From Acidothermus cellulolyticus 11B (GTDB lineage: Bacteria; Actinomycetota; Actinomycetes; Acidothermales; Acidothermaceae), in assembly GCF_000015025.1 (NCBI RefSeq), contig NC_008578.1, positions 900,001 to 932,000 of the forward strand: 32,000 bases of DNA. Direction: 5' to 3'. The position numbers and the translations under genes are program-made. The first letter of the stretch is position 1, and each line of letters begins with the position of its first letter. Shown piece after piece: positions 30,203 through 32,000 of this stretch. Below the pieces are notes generated by a model, which did no database searches, was not told where the DNA came from, and saw nothing but the letters and a program-made list of their open reading frames with translations.

Positions 30203-32000
30203 GTGACAACGAGCAGCATCAGCGGCAGTAGCAGCAGCAATAGCAGCAGTGGCGTCGGCACATTTGTCAGTAGCACCGGCAGCAACAGCCGGATCGACGG
30301 CCTCATCAGCGGTCTCAACACCACCGCCATCATCAACGCCATCATGCAGCAGGCTGCCCAGCCGCAGACCAATCTGAAGAACCAGCTCACCGTTGAGCAG
30401 GCGAAGTTGACCGCCTACCAGGGCATCAACCAGCAGCTTGCTGCGCTGCAGAGCGCTGCCGATGCGGTGACGTCGCCCACCACCTGGCAGGCGATGGCGG
30501 TCACCTCGTCGTCCGCTTCGGTGACGGCCAGTGTTTCCGCCGGTGCCCAGGCCGGCACGTTTACCTTCGACGTGACTCAGCTTGCCAGCGGTCAGACCTC
30601 GGTCTCGGCCAATACTGTCTCGAGCACCTCCACGATCGTCACCACCGGTTCACCGGTCACCCTCACCGTCGGTTCCGGGAGTCCGGTCACCATCAATACC
30701 GGCGACGGTTCGCTTGCGGCGGTCGCGGCCGGCATCAACAGCGCGAACCTCGGCGTCCAGGCGTCGATCGTCCAGGTAGGCACCAGCAGTTACCGGCTGC
30801 AATTGTCGTCGACCTCCACCGGGGCCGATACGGCGTTCACCATCAGCGGGCTGAACGGCGGCCCACTTGGGTCCTTCAACAACACGTCAACCGCTCAAGA
30901 CGCCGTCATCACCGTGGGCGCGGGCACCCCTGGGCAGTACACCATTTCGTCGCACACCAACACGTTCAATCAAGTCTTGCCTGGTTTGACCTTCACGGTC
31001 AGCCAGGTGGCCAGTGGGGTCAGTCTCACCGTCACGCCCGACGCTAGCGGCATCGCCGATAAGATCAAGGCGATGGTGGACGCCGCGAACGCCGTCCTGT
31101 CGTCGATTGATACCGCGACCGCATACGATCCCAGCAACCAGCAGGCGTCCGTTCTCACCGGGGATCTCACCGTCAATCAAATTCGTAACAGTATTCTGAG
31201 CGCGGTCAGCTCGATCGTCGGGGCGAATCAGAGTGCGACCAGTGTCGGGCTGAGCGTCACCAAGGATGGTCAGATAACCTTTGACGCCAACGCGTTCCAG
31301 GCTGCATACACCGCAAATCCGGCGGCCGCACAGTCGGCGCTCGGGCCGGGCGGCAGTTTCGCTCCCGCGCAATCGGGGCTCACCGGCACGGTGACGTTGC
31401 AGAACAGCAGCGACGCGACCGTTCCCGGCAGCTACAACGTGACCGTCACCCAGGCGGCGACCAAGGCGACCGGAACGATTGACACCAGCAGCGGACTCAC
31501 CGCCGGACAGACCATCACCGTCAGCCTGGGCGGCACCAGCATCACCTACACCGTCCAGTCGGGTGACACGGTGCAGACGGTGGTGGACGGTCTCAACGCT
31601 CTTGCCGCGCAGAATTCGCTCGGCGTGTCGGCCAGTGTCGATCCGACGAACGGGTCGCTGATTGACCTGACCGCCAACGGGTACGGCTCGGCGTACACCT
31701 TTACCAGCTCGGCAACCGGCGGCCTGGTCGCTTCCGCGGTCACCCCAGGGAAAGACGTCGCCGGCACCATCAACGGCCAGCCTGCACAAGGCGTCGGTCA
31801 GCTGCTGTACACCATGCCGGGAACGCCCGGTGTCGACGCCATCACCCTCACGGTGACCCTGACGCCCGCTGATGTCGCCGCTCTCGGCGGTGGGAGCGCG
31901 GGTACGTTCACCTACACCGCGGGCGCCGCGCAGGCGCTCGCGCGTGTCGCCGAAACGGCCACGGACCCGGTGCGAGGCAGCCTGACCAGTGTCATCAACG
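30203..32000 (+). CDS. fliD: Flagellar filament cap protein FliD (hook-associated protein 2), 3'-truncated by the window edge
   Basis: GTG 30203 follows GGGAGA with a 7-nt spacer; TTG 30188 is an alternative start. Translation is VTTSSISGSSSSNSSSGVGTFVSSTGSNSRIDGLISGLNTTAIINAIMQQAAQPQTNLKNQLTVEQAKLTAYQGINQQLAALQ..., and the 'IDGLISGL.T..II..lM' block is typical of FliD. I translated this frame by hand only for about 30203-30480 and 30421-30880 and saw no stop there. Openness to the window edge was not checked and is inferred from the track listing no stop-terminated plus-strand ORF in this frame. Confidence 0.85.
   Translation, partial: MTTSSISGSSSSNSSSGVGTFVSSTGSNSRIDGLISGLNTTAIINAIMQQAAQPQTNLKNQLTVEQAKLTAYQGINQQLAALQSAADAVTSPTTWQAMAVTSSSASVTASVSAGAQAGTFTFDVTQLASGQTSVSANTVSSTSTIVTTGSPVTLTVGSGSPVTINTGDGSLAAVAAGINSANLGVQASIVQVGTSSYRLQLSSTSTGADTAFTISGLNGGPLGSFNNTSTAQDAVITVGAGTPGQYTISSHTNTFNQVLPGLTFTVSQVASGVSLTVTPDASGIADKIKAMVDAANAVLSSIDTATAYDPSNQQASVLTGDLTVNQIRNSILSAVSSIVGANQSATSVGLSVTKDGQITFDANAFQAAYTANPAAAQSALGPGGSFAPAQSGLTGTVTLQNSSDATVPGSYNVTVTQAATKATGTIDTSSGLTAGQTITVSLGGTSITYTVQSGDTVQTVVDGLNALAAQNSLGVSASVDPTNGSLIDLTANGYGSAYTFTSSATGGLVASAVTPGKDVAGTINGQPAQGVGQLLYTMPGTPGVDAITLTVTLTPADVAALGGGSAGTFTYTAGAAQALARVAETATDPVRGSLTSVIN

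Noticed and set aside
30206-30250. An AGC/AGT-rich serine codon run at the FliD N-terminus, considered as a slipped-strand phase-variation tract
   Set aside because: The longest uninterrupted trinucleotide run is only three units, too short for a contingency locus. It is more likely just a Ser-rich linker.
1-32000. CRISPR arrays, rRNA genes, IS elements with terminal inverted repeats, riboswitch-like leaders
   Set aside because: No regularly spaced repeat-spacer pattern, rRNA-like conserved blocks or transposase motifs were seen on reading the window. The only periodic repeats are the short tandem arrays reported above. Riboswitches cannot be excluded without a covariance-model scan.

Overview
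This is a high-GC, Actinomycetota-like 32-kb window in three parts. (1) 1-11.2 kb holds a compositionally distinct plus-strand operon of tightly packed or overlapping genes. Hand-counted 60-nt lines give about 45-63% GC here, against a by-eye estimate of about 65-70% further right. The genes are an AlbA_2/Schlafen-type ATPase-wHTH protein, a 992-aa Zn-ribbon N6/N4 DNA methyltransferase, a low-GC DUF3800-like gene, an SNF2 helicase, a PglZ-domain protein and a 260-aa BrxA-like protein. Together they form a BREX type 3-like module (pglXI-brxHII-pglZ-brxA order) with two non-canonical inserted genes. Its 5' part lies outside the window. This is the best candidate for a poorly described or novel defence system. 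(2) 11.2-11.9 kb is a ragged junction with short gene fragments and palindromes. (3) 11.9-32 kb carries chromosomal genes. These are an SbcD/SbcC-like phosphoesterase-ATPase pair, an acyltransferase-3 membrane protein, a degenerate-GGDEF + EAL protein, a DUF421 protein and tRNA-Met(CAU). The tRNA is followed by a 1.3-kb decayed integrative element (45-nt att duplicate, integrase N-terminal pseudogene, vapBC-like PIN toxin plus a small unlisted antitoxin ORF). Then come a rhomboid protease, an EAL-HDOD protein and a late flagellar cluster, csrA-fliW-flgL-flgK-flgN on the minus strand, divergent from fliC-fliD on the plus strand. The fliC leader has a sigma-28-type promoter and a CsrA-type GGA hairpin. 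No rRNA, CRISPR array or intact transposase/integrase was seen. All family assignments come from motif recognition by eye; nothing was searched.
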